64,000 nt of DNA from Novosphingobium sp. 32-60-15. GTDB taxonomy: Bacteria > Pseudomonadota > Alphaproteobacteria > Sphingomonadales > Sphingomonadaceae. The notes under the pieces were generated by a model. It had not been told where the DNA came from. It searched no databases and was given only the letters and a program-made list of their open reading frames with translations. Shown here in pieces: positions 55,801 through 64,000 of the stretch. The stretch covers positions 73,299-137,298 of the forward strand of contig NZ_NCEN01000021.1 of the NCBI RefSeq assembly GCF_002280675.1. The letters are read 5' to 3'. A program made the position numbers and the translations under genes. Numbering within the stretch: position 1 is the stretch's first letter; every line of letters begins with the position of its first letter.

Positions 55801-56789
55801 AATTATCCGTCCTCGATCTGGTCAGCGTGGTTGAGGGCGGAACAGTCCGTCAAGCGCTCGACAATGCCGCCGCCGCGGCCAAAGTTGCCGAAGACTGCGG
55901 CTATCAGCGCTATTGGGTGGCCGAACATCACGGAATGGATGGCATTGCCAGTGCGGCTGTGTCGGTCGTACTGGCGCATATCGGGCACGCAACGTCGACA
56001 ATTCGCATCGGTTCGGGCGGGATCATGCTGCCCAATCACAGCCCGCTGGTCATTGCCGAACAGTTCGGCACGCTGGATGCGCTGTTTCCGGGCCGGATCG
56101 ACCTGGGCCTCGGTCGCGCGCCGGGGGCAGACCAGCGCATTGTCCGCGCGCTGCGCAAGGATACCAACCGCGCGGCAGAGGACTTCCCCGCTGATGTCGT
56201 TGAATTGCAAGCGCAATTTGCAGGTGATCCGCGCGTGCCGTTGCAAGCCGTACCGGGCAAGGGTGCCAAGCCGCAAATCTGGATTCTGGGATCAAGCCTG
56301 TTCGGCGCGCAATTGGCGGCCATGCTCGGCCTGCCCTATGCCTTTGCCTCACACTTCGCGCCAAATCATCTCGATGCCGCGTTGAAGCTCTATCGCGAAC
56401 GCTTTGAACCGTCCGAAACGCTGGCCGCGCCTTATTGCGCCGCTGCGATCAATGTTGTGGCCGCCGATACTGACGAGGAGGCGGAATTGCTCGCTTCTTC
56501 AATGGATCAGTCATTCGTGGCGTTGCGCACGGGCACTCCGGGCAAGCTGAAACCGCCGGTTCCGGGTTATCGGGATACCTTGCCGCCCCAGTCTGTCGCA
56601 ATGCTGGAACATGTGCGCAAAGTGAGTGCAACCGGCAGTGTTTCAACCGTGCGCAAAGGCCTTGCTGCCTTTGCCGAACGCACCGGCGTGGACGAAGTGG
56701 TGGTAGCCGCATCGATCTTCGATCAGGCCGCACGGCGGCGTTCGCTGGAATTGACAATGGAAGCCGCACACGGACTGGTCCCGGCCTGA
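55797..56789 (+). CDS. Luciferase-like (LLM class) flavin-dependent oxidoreductase
   Basis: YWVAEHH, IGSGGIMLPNHSP, GRIDLGLGRAPG, WILGSS. Confidence 0.92.
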   Translation: MKLSVLDLVSVVEGGTVRQALDNAAAAAKVAEDCGYQRYWVAEHHGMDGIASAAVSVVLAHIGHATSTIRIGSGGIMLPNHSPLVIAEQFGTLDALFPGRIDLGLGRAPGADQRIVRALRKDTNRAAEDFPADVVELQAQFAGDPRVPLQAVPGKGAKPQIWILGSSLFGAQLAAMLGLPYAFASHFAPNHLDAALKLYRERFEPSETLAAPYCAAAINVVAADTDEEAELLASSMDQSFVALRTGTPGKLKPPVPGYRDTLPPQSVAMLEHVRKVSATGSVSTVRKGLAAFAERTGVDEVVVAASIFDQAARRRSLELTMEAAHGLVPA

Positions 56790-56816
56790 CGCTGAGGCGG
56801 TTGCATAACGTTGAAC

Positions 56817-56855
56817 TTCGTCCCCTAATTTCGTCCCCTAATTTCGTCCCCCAAT
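56817..56855. repeat. 13-bp tandem repeat x3
   Basis: TTCGTCCCCTAAT TTCGTCCCCTAAT TTCGTCCCCCAAT, running directly into TTCGTCATT of the next element. Confidence 0.95.
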
Positions 56856-56955
56856 TTCGTCATTACGACCCCCGCGCAGCGGGGTGAAGCAATCCAGAGC
56901 GGCGTACTGAACGCTCTGGATTGCTTTGTCGGCTTCGCCTCCTCGCAATGACGAA
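56856..56955. repeat. CGTC-type REP-like element (type E)
   Basis: Outer arms TTCGTCATT/AATGACGAA; inner 15-bp stem AAGCAATCCAGAGCG/CGCTCTGGATTGCTT. Confidence 0.9.
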
Positions 56956-57204
56956 GAGTTGTATAACAGGGCATAATCCTCACATTTTGCCCGATTCAGC
57001 CACCAAAATTCACAATTCCGGCACAGTTCGGCACGTAATGTCAGCCATGGCATTTACGACAGCAAAGTTAACCATGCCGCGCCAATGAACCGGACTTGTC
57101 CGCTTGCAATGGCTGGATTAGCATCGGCATAATTGATACAAAACCGAATCATAAAATAACAAGAGAGAGCAATATTCTCTCGCAGGAGAGCCGGGAACCC
57201 ACGC

Positions 57205-60200
57205 ATGGCGTCGAAGTCCGCAATTCAACCGTCGTCCACCGTTGTCCGTGATCAGGACGCACAGGACCTTGCCAATCCCCATGCTGCCGCGTTGATGACG
57301 CGCTTCATGGCGGCGCTTCTTCCGGATGAGGCGCGCGATTTCGATGCCAGCCGTCTGGCCGAAGCCGCGCTGTTCACCGCCAACGTGGCCACGCTGCGCA
57401 AAGGTAGCGAACCTGCCATCGCCATTGAAAGCGTCAGCGGATCAACCACCGGTACGCGCCATCTGCGCATGGCAGTGATCAATGATGACATGCCGTTTCT
57501 GGTTGATTCGATTGCCTCGACCATCACCGCGCAGGGGCTTGCGATTGACCGCATGGTCCATCCCGTCGTCGCCGTCCGCCGCGATGGTGATGGCACCCTG
57601 ATCGATTTTCCCGAAGGCGATGCCGCTGGCGAACGCCGCGAATCCATCGTCTATCTCGAAACCGTCCGCGCCGATGCCCGCCAGCGCCGTGCCTTGATCG
57701 GCGCGCTTGAGGCAACGCTGGCCGATGTGCGCGCCGCCGTTGCCGATTGGCCGCTGATGCAGGCCGCCATGCGCGAAGATGCCGCCAATCTGGCCGATCC
57801 CGAAGGCGCGGCACTGCTGCGCTGGCTGGCCGATGGTATGCTCACCCAATTGGGCTGCGTCACGCGGTTCCGCGACGGACGACAGGAAAACCCGCGCGGC
57901 ATTTGCCGTGCCAGCGCCGAAGAATTGCTGGCAGATGCGTCCTATGATCGCGCTTTCCGCTGGTTTGATGAGGCCGGGATTGACGGGCAGGGCCGCGTGC
58001 CGCTGATCGTCAAGGCCAACCGCATCGCCAATGTCCATCGCCGCGTTCCGCTTGATCTGTTCATCGTGCCGCGTCTGGAACAGGGTAAAGTCACCGCGCT
58101 ATCGGTCCATGCAGGTGTATGGACCAGCGCGGCCCTCGCTGCCGCGCCCGATCGCATCCCGCGCTTGCGCAGCCAGCTTGCAGGGCTGATGGACAAGTTT
58201 GGCTTTTCGCCCAACGGCCATGCCGGAAAGGCGCTGGTCCATGCGATGACCGCGCTGCCGCACGATCTGCTGGCCAGCTTTGCCGATGCCGATCTGGAAC
58301 GCGTCGCCACCGCGATGATGAGCCTGGTTGACCGGCCCCGCCCCCGGCTTGCACTGGTGCAGGCCCCGCTGGCACGGCACTTGTTCGCTTTCGTCTGGTT
58401 GCCCCGTGATGCCTTGTCCACCGACGTGCGCCTTGCCATCCAGCAGATGCTGGAAGCCAATGCAGGCGCACAAGTGCTGGATTGGGCCTTGCAAGTCGAA
58501 GGCAGCACGCTGGCGATGTTGCGCTTTGTGCTGGATGTGCGCGAACAGGCTGCAAAGCCTGATGAAGCGGCGCTTGATGCACAATTGCAGGCCATGGTGC
58601 GCGGCTGGGCAGGGGCGGTCGAAGCTGAACTGGCCACCACAGAAGACCCATCGCGCGCCGCCGCCATCGCCGCGCGCTATGCCGATGCCTTCCCGCTATC
58701 CTACCGCAATGCATCAGGCCCTGCCGAGGCCGCGCGCGACATCCGCGTGTTGCGCACCCTCACAGGCAGCAAAGCGCCACGCCGCGCCGCGCGCCTGCAC
58801 CAGAACGCGGGCGAAACGTCGCTGCGCCTGAAGTTGTACCAGCGCGAAGGCGCCATCGTCCTGTCCGATGCCGTGCCGGTGCTGGAAAACTTCGGCTTCC
58901 GTGTTCTGGAAGAAATGCCTACGCCGCTGGACGGTGGCAGGCTCGGCTATGTGCATGATTTCCTTGTGTCGTACCCCGTTGATAGCACTGTTACCGATCT
59001 GTTGGGCCGTGCCAGTGCCATCGAAAGCTCGCTGGCAGCGGTGTTGAATGGCGCGGCAGAAGATGATGCCTTCAACCGTCTGATCGTGGCGACGGGCCTG
59101 TCTGCGGTTGAAGCCAACTGGCTGCGCGCGTTCTACCGCTATTTGCGGCAGGCGGGCATGACGTTTGGCATACCGACCGTGGTCGAAGCGTTGAAGAATG
59201 CGCCAGCCGTCACGCGCGGGCTGATCGATGCCTTCATCGCGCGGCATGATCCTGCCTTTGCAGGGGACCGAGAAGCCGCGTTCAGCGCGGCAGAAGAGCA
59301 TATCCGCGCCGGATTGGCAGGGGTTGCCGCGATCAATGATGACCGCCTGCTGCGCCAGTTCCGCGCGCTCGTCATGGCGATCTTGCGCACAAATGCCTTT
59401 GCCCCCGCAGCGGCAGAAGCGATGGCGTTCAAAATTGATTCCGCAGCTGTTCCCGGCCTTCCGCGTCCGGTGCCTTGGCGCGAGATTTTCGTCTATTCCC
59501 CGCGTGTTGAAGGCATCCATTTGCGCGCCGGACCTGTCGCGCGCGGCGGCCTGCGCTGGTCAGACCGACGCGACGACTTCCGCGTCGAAGTGCTGGGCCT
59601 GATGAAGGCGCAGCGTGTGAAAAACGCGGTCATCGTGCCAACCGGCGCGAAGGGCGGCTTCTATCCCAAGCACTTGCCCGATCCCGCGCGCGACCGCGAT
59701 GGCTGGCTGGCCGAGGGCAAGGCCAGCTATCAGGTGTTCATCCGCACGTTGCTGTCGATCACTGACAACATCGTGGAAGGCAAAGTCGTCCATCCCGAAG
59801 CCGTGGTCGTGCGCGATGGCGAAGACCCGTACTTCGTGGTCGCCGCCGATAAAGGCACGGCCACCTTCTCCGACGTTGCCAATGCCATCGCCGAATCAAA
59901 GGATTTCTGGCTGGATGATGCTTTCGCCAGTGGCGGATCGAAGGGGTATGACCACAAGGCGATGGGCATCACCGCGCGCGGCGCGTGGCTCTCGGTGCGC
60001 CGCCACTTCCTTGAAATGGGTGTGGACGTGCAGGCAGAGCCGGTGCGTGTGGCCGGCTGCGGCGATATGTCGGGCGATGTGTTCGGCAACGGCATGTTGC
60101 TGTCAAAGGCGCTCAAAGTCGTCGCCGCGTTCGATCATCGCCACATCTTCCTTGATCCCGATCCCGATCCGGCAACAAGCTGGGCCGAACGCGCGCGGAT

Positions 60201-61920
60201 GTTCGCGCTGCCCCGCTCAAGCTGGGACGATTACGACAAAGGCCTGATTTCGGAAGGCGGCGGGGTTTACCCGCGTTCGATGAAGGCCATCCCGCTAACC
60301 CCGCAAGTGCAGGCCATGCTGGGCGTTGCAGAAGCCGAACTTGATCCTGAATCGCTGATCTCGGCAATCCTGCGTTCGCAAGTAGATCTGCTGTGGTTCG
60401 GCGGTATCGGCACTTACATGAAGGGCAGCCAGCAAAACAACGCTGACGTGGGCGATCCCGCCAACGATTCGTTGCGTGTTTCGGCCAATGAAGTGCGCGC
60501 CAAAGTCATCGGTGAAGGTGCCAATCTTGGCACGACACAGGCCGCACGCATCGAGTTCGCTTTGGCCGGGGGCCGCATCAATACTGACTTCATCGACAAT
60601 TCGGCTGGCGTTGATTGTTCGGATAACGAGGTCAACATCAAGATCGCGCTGGCCGCGGCCAAGCGTTCGGGCAAGTTGACCGAAGACGCCCGCGTGGAAT
60701 TGCTGGTATCGATGACCGATGACGTCGCGCACCTCGTGCTTGAGGACAACCGGTTGCAAGCGCTGGCGCTGTCCATCGCCGAACGCGGCGGTGCTGCCAC
60801 AATGCCGTCATGGTCCCGCCTGATCGATGTGCTCGAAGAAGGCGGCGATCTGGATCGCAAGACCGAAGGCCTTGCCGGCCCCGAAGACCTCGCCCGCCGT
60901 GCGGTTTCGGGGCAGGGGCTGACGCGTCCCGAACTGGCGGTCCTGCTCTCCAGCAGCAAGCTGGTTGTGCAACGTGCGCTTGAAGAAAGCCCGGTTGTCG
61001 ATGATCCGGTGCTGGAAGAAGAACTGGTCGCAGCCTTCCCGCCGCAAATGCGCGAGGCATTTGAAATCGAAATTGTCAATCACCGCCTGCGCCGCGAAAT
61101 CATCGCAACCAAGCTGGCCAACCGCATCATCAACCGCATGGGTCCGGTCCATCCGTTCGAATTGTGCGAAGAAGAAGGGTGCAGCCTCGCGCAAGTGGCA
61201 GCCGCCTTTGTTGCGGCAGAACGCCTGCTCGATCTGCGTGCCACATGGGACATGCTCGATACTGCCGACATGCCCGAAGCCTTGCGGCTGGCCCTGTTTG
61301 AACGCACCGCGCTGGGCCTGCGCGGCCATATTGCCGATGTGCTGCGCGCCGGTCGCGGCTCGACGCAGCCCGATGCCTTGCTCGAAGACCTGTACGGCGG
61401 CGTCGCCCTGCTTTCGCACACTGCGGCGCAATTGCTGCGGGGCGAAGCACAGGCACAGGCGCGGCAGATGGCGCAGGAGCTGGCGGCTGCCGGAACTCCG
61501 CCCGCCATCGCCGAACGGCTGGTCCACCTCTATGACATGGACGGGGCCATCGGCCTTGCCCATCTGGCGGGCGAGTTGAACGTCGATGCCGGCGCGCTGA
61601 CCGGTGCCTTTGCCGATCTGGGCGCGGCACTGGGGCTGGACTGGGCGCAACAGGCGGCACGGCGGATGAACCCGTCCGATCCGTGGGAGCGCCTGCTGAT
61701 CGCCGGTCTGGCCCGCGATTTCGAACAGATGCGGCTCGATTTCCTCAAGCGCTCGCAAGGCAAATCGCCCGATGCGTTTGTGGCCGATTGGCTGGAAACC
61801 AATGCCGTGCCGGTGCGCCAGTTCCGCGCACTGGTTGACCGCGCGCAATCCGCATCCGCTGCTGGCCCCGCCATGCTGGCGCAAGTCGCCAGTCAGGCCC
61901 GCACATTGATGGGGCGTTAA
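57205..61920 (+). CDS. Large NAD-specific glutamate dehydrogenase (GdhB/GdhZ type)
   Basis: 1571 aa; RGGLRWSDR, GAKGGFY, VVAADKGTA, GYDHK, GDMSGDVFGNG, NSAGVDCSD. Confidence 0.96.
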   Translation: MASKSAIQPSSTVVRDQDAQDLANPHAAALMTRFMAALLPDEARDFDASRLAEAALFTANVATLRKGSEPAIAIESVSGSTTGTRHLRMAVINDDMPFLVDSIASTITAQGLAIDRMVHPVVAVRRDGDGTLIDFPEGDAAGERRESIVYLETVRADARQRRALIGALEATLADVRAAVADWPLMQAAMREDAANLADPEGAALLRWLADGMLTQLGCVTRFRDGRQENPRGICRASAEELLADASYDRAFRWFDEAGIDGQGRVPLIVKANRIANVHRRVPLDLFIVPRLEQGKVTALSVHAGVWTSAALAAAPDRIPRLRSQLAGLMDKFGFSPNGHAGKALVHAMTALPHDLLASFADADLERVATAMMSLVDRPRPRLALVQAPLARHLFAFVWLPRDALSTDVRLAIQQMLEANAGAQVLDWALQVEGSTLAMLRFVLDVREQAAKPDEAALDAQLQAMVRGWAGAVEAELATTEDPSRAAAIAARYADAFPLSYRNASGPAEAARDIRVLRTLTGSKAPRRAARLHQNAGETSLRLKLYQREGAIVLSDAVPVLENFGFRVLEEMPTPLDGGRLGYVHDFLVSYPVDSTVTDLLGRASAIESSLAAVLNGAAEDDAFNRLIVATGLSAVEANWLRAFYRYLRQAGMTFGIPTVVEALKNAPAVTRGLIDAFIARHDPAFAGDREAAFSAAEEHIRAGLAGVAAINDDRLLRQFRALVMAILRTNAFAPAAAEAMAFKIDSAAVPGLPRPVPWREIFVYSPRVEGIHLRAGPVARGGLRWSDRRDDFRVEVLGLMKAQRVKNAVIVPTGAKGGFYPKHLPDPARDRDGWLAEGKASYQVFIRTLLSITDNIVEGKVVHPEAVVVRDGEDPYFVVAADKGTATFSDVANAIAESKDFWLDDAFASGGSKGYDHKAMGITARGAWLSVRRHFLEMGVDVQAEPVRVAGCGDMSGDVFGNGMLLSKALKVVAAFDHRHIFLDPDPDPATSWAERARMFALPRSSWDDYDKGLISEGGGVYPRSMKAIPLTPQVQAMLGVAEAELDPESLISAILRSQVDLLWFGGIGTYMKGSQQNNADVGDPANDSLRVSANEVRAKVIGEGANLGTTQAARIEFALAGGRINTDFIDNSAGVDCSDNEVNIKIALAAAKRSGKLTEDARVELLVSMTDDVAHLVLEDNRLQALALSIAERGGAATMPSWSRLIDVLEEGGDLDRKTEGLAGPEDLARRAVSGQGLTRPELAVLLSSSKLVVQRALEESPVVDDPVLEEELVAAFPPQMREAFEIEIVNHRLRREIIATKLANRIINRMGPVHPFELCEEEGCSLAQVAAAFVAAERLLDLRATWDMLDTADMPEALRLALFERTALGLRGHIADVLRAGRGSTQPDALLEDLYGGVALLSHTAAQLLRGEAQAQARQMAQELAAAGTPPAIAERLVHLYDMDGAIGLAHLAGELNVDAGALTGAFADLGAALGLDWAQQAARRMNPSDPWERLLIAGLARDFEQMRLDFLKRSQGKSPDAFVADWLETNAVPVRQFRALVDRAQSASAAGPAMLAQVASQARTLMGR

Positions 61921-61971
61921 GCTTCAGAACGAAGGGTTTGTCCGGCCATGCCCTGCCTGTATAGGCAAGGC

Positions 61972-62766
61972 ATGGCCCTCTTTCCGAGTTCTGTGGTGAT
62001 CGCTTTCGTTCGTGCCGCGCTGATGCTGGCCATGGCCGTGTGGCTGGCCAGTGCGCCCGCCCGTGCGCAGGCGCGGGGGCCATTGGTGCTGGCCGCTGCC
62101 AGCATGCAAGAGGCGCTGACCGATGCCGCCAACCGTTGGGCCGCGCAGCGCCACGCGCGTCCGGTACTGTCGTTCGCCGCATCATCCGCGCTCGCCCGCC
62201 AGATCGGGGCGGGGGCAAAGGCCGACTTGTTCATTTCTGCGGATGAGGAATGGATGGACCATGTGCAGGGCCAGAACCTGCTCCGCCCCGCCACCCGCGC
62301 GCAGCTTGCCGAAAACCGGCTGGTCCTGATCGCGCCTGCATCCGGCAAAGTGCAACTGCGCATCGCGCCGGGCTTCCCCCTTGCACGCGCCTTGGGCAGT
62401 GGACGCCTTGCGATGGCAGATCCGGCGGCGGTACCCGCAGGCCGCTATGGCAAAGCCGCCCTGGAAAAACTGGGCGTCTGGCGCGCAATTGCCACCCGCG
62501 TTGCGCCTGCCGAGAACGTCCGCGCTGCTTTGGCGCTGGTTGAGCGCGGCGCTGCCCCTTTCGGTATAGTCTACGCCACCGATGCCCGCGCCTCGGCCAA
62601 AGTGCGCGTTGTCGGCGTGTTTCCGGCAACCAGCCATCCGCCGGTCACTTATCCCGTCGCCCTGCTCAAAACCTCCACCCACCCACAGGCCGATGCCTTC
62701 CGCCGCTTCCTCCTCTCGCGCGAAGGCCGTGCCATCTTTGCGCGCCACGGCTTTGGTTCGCGCTGA
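61972..62766 (+). CDS. modA: Molybdate ABC transporter substrate-binding protein
   Basis: LAAASM, ASSALARQI, VPAGRYGKAAL, GIVYATDA; exact start uncertain. Confidence 0.93.
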   Translation: MALFPSSVVIAFVRAALMLAMAVWLASAPARAQARGPLVLAAASMQEALTDAANRWAAQRHARPVLSFAASSALARQIGAGAKADLFISADEEWMDHVQGQNLLRPATRAQLAENRLVLIAPASGKVQLRIAPGFPLARALGSGRLAMADPAAVPAGRYGKAALEKLGVWRAIATRVAPAENVRAALALVERGAAPFGIVYATDARASAKVRVVGVFPATSHPPVTYPVALLKTSTHPQADAFRRFLLSREGRAIFARHGFGSR

Positions 62767-63459
62767 ATGATGCCGGGACCGGAAGAATGGGAGGTCATCC
62801 GCCTCTCCTTGAAAGTCAGCGCGGTGGCGGTGGGCCTGTCTTTGCCGCTGGCCTTCGCGCTGGCCTGGGCACTGGCGCGCGGGCGCTTTCCCGGCAAAGT
62901 CCTGCTGGATGCGCTGGTGCATTTGCCGCTGGTCCTGCCGCCCGTCGTCACCGGCTGGTTCCTGCTGATCGCGTTCGGGCCGCAAGGACCGGCGGGGCGC
63001 TGGCTTGAGGCATGGCTGGGCCTTACGTTCCTGTTCCGCTGGAGCGGCGCGGCGCTGGCCGCTGCGGTCATGGCGCTGCCCCTGATGGTCCGCGCGATCC
63101 GGCTCTCTCTCGAAGCGGTAGACCCGAAACTGGAACAAGCCGCGATGACGCTGGGCGCATCGCGCTGGCGCACCTTCCGCACCATCACCCTGCCGCTGGC
63201 GCTGCCCGGCGTGATTGCAGGCGCCGTGCTTGGCTTTGCGCGTTCGCTGGGCGAATTTGGCGCGACGATCACGTTTGTGTCCAACATTCCGGGCGAGACG
63301 CAAACCCTGCCGCTGGCGATCTACAGCGCGCTCCAGATTCCGGGGGCCGAACCACAGGTTGTGCGGCTGGTCGTGGTATCTGTGCTGCTATCGCTGGGCG
63401 CGCTGATCGCGTCCGAAGCTTTGGCGCGGCGCACTGGAAGGGGCGGCCATGTCCTTTGA
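62767..63459 (+). CDS. modB: Molybdate ABC transporter permease
   Basis: PLVLPPVVTG, EQAAMTLGA, FARSLGEFGATI. Confidence 0.95.
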   Translation: MMPGPEEWEVIRLSLKVSAVAVGLSLPLAFALAWALARGRFPGKVLLDALVHLPLVLPPVVTGWFLLIAFGPQGPAGRWLEAWLGLTFLFRWSGAALAAAVMALPLMVRAIRLSLEAVDPKLEQAAMTLGASRWRTFRTITLPLALPGVIAGAVLGFARSLGEFGATITFVSNIPGETQTLPLAIYSALQIPGAEPQVVRLVVVSVLLSLGALIASEALARRTGRGGHVL

Positions 63460-64000
63460 ACTGCGCGTAGAACGCCAGTTGGGCGATGCTTCAATCACCG
63501 CAAGCTTCAACAGCAACAACGGATTGACCGCATTGTTCGGCCCATCGGGCGCGGGCAAGACATCGCTGCTCAACATGGTCGCCGGCTTGCTCCGCCCTGA
63601 TCGCGGGCGCATTGCCGTGGGCGGCGAAGTGCTGTTCGACAGCGACCTTGGCATCGACATGGCCGTTCAGGAACGCCGCGCAGGCTATGTCTTTCAGGAC
63701 GGCCGGTTATTCCCGCATCTGCGCGTGCGCGAGAATATGGAATACGGCGCGCAGCGGGCCGAAGGACACGGCCTGATGACGCTGGACGAAGCCGCGACAT
63801 TTCTCGGCATCGCGCACCTGCTTGATCGCTGGCCGCGCACACTTTCGGGCGGCGAGGCGCAGCGCGTGGCCATCGGCCGCGCCTTGCTTTCTGGCCCGCG
63901 CTTTCTGCTGATGGACGAACCCCTCGCCTCGCTGGACCGCGCACGCCGCGAGGAAGTGATGACCGTGATCGAACGCCTGCGCGACGAGGTTCGCTTGCCC
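63449..64000 (+). CDS. modC: Molybdate ABC transporter ATP-binding protein (partial, runs off the window)
   Basis: Translated by hand from ATG 63449: MSFELRVERQLG...GPSGAGKT...VFQDGRLFPHL...LSGGEAQRVA...LLMDEP. Confidence 0.93.
   Translation, partial: MSFELRVERQLGDASITASFNSNNGLTALFGPSGAGKTSLLNMVAGLLRPDRGRIAVGGEVLFDSDLGIDMAVQERRAGYVFQDGRLFPHLRVRENMEYGAQRAEGHGLMTLDEAATFLGIAHLLDRWPRTLSGGEAQRVAIGRALLSGPRFLLMDEPLASLDRARREEVMTVIERLRDEVRLP

Noticed and set aside
56817-56855. Possible CRISPR array
   Set aside because: Units are 13 bp, directly adjacent with no spacers, and there are no cas genes.

Overview
A high-GC (roughly 60-65%, by eye) alphaproteobacterial chromosome segment. Gene content, the PopZ/TolC/Pcm block, the TonB-dependent receptors and the repeat types point to a sphingomonad, probably Novosphingobium-like. 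Most of the window is housekeeping: xseA, purD, pcm-tolC-popZ, class I fumarase, maeB, mutS, fadD-like, ggt, pyrD, the rrf2-sufB-C-D-S-T-A operon, thrS, a large NAD-glutamate dehydrogenase and modABC. No rRNA, tRNA, CRISPR array, integrase or transposase was seen. The most interesting parts are: (1) a three-gene operon (UDP-galactopyranose-mutase-like flavoenzyme, GtrA-family protein, STT3/AglB-like GT-C membrane protein) that looks like an undescribed lipid-carrier-dependent glycosylation system; (2) a GntR-controlled catabolic island (TonB receptor, HMG-CoA-lyase-like enzyme, two-subunit hydantoinase/oxoprolinase, class III CoA-transferase) of unknown substrate, whose CoA-transferase is broken by a deletion/frameshift next to an AT-rich orphan gene; (3) a candidate ~115-nt small RNA upstream of the suf operon, whose putative promoter shares a palindromic motif with the promoter region of an Oar-like TonB receptor; (4) a DUF559-like nuclease that appears catalytically degenerate, sitting inside the suf operon; (5) five distinct REP-like palindrome types, one of which appears to supply the ribosome-binding site of sufA. 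Family and motif assignments come from remembered consensus patterns, not database searches.
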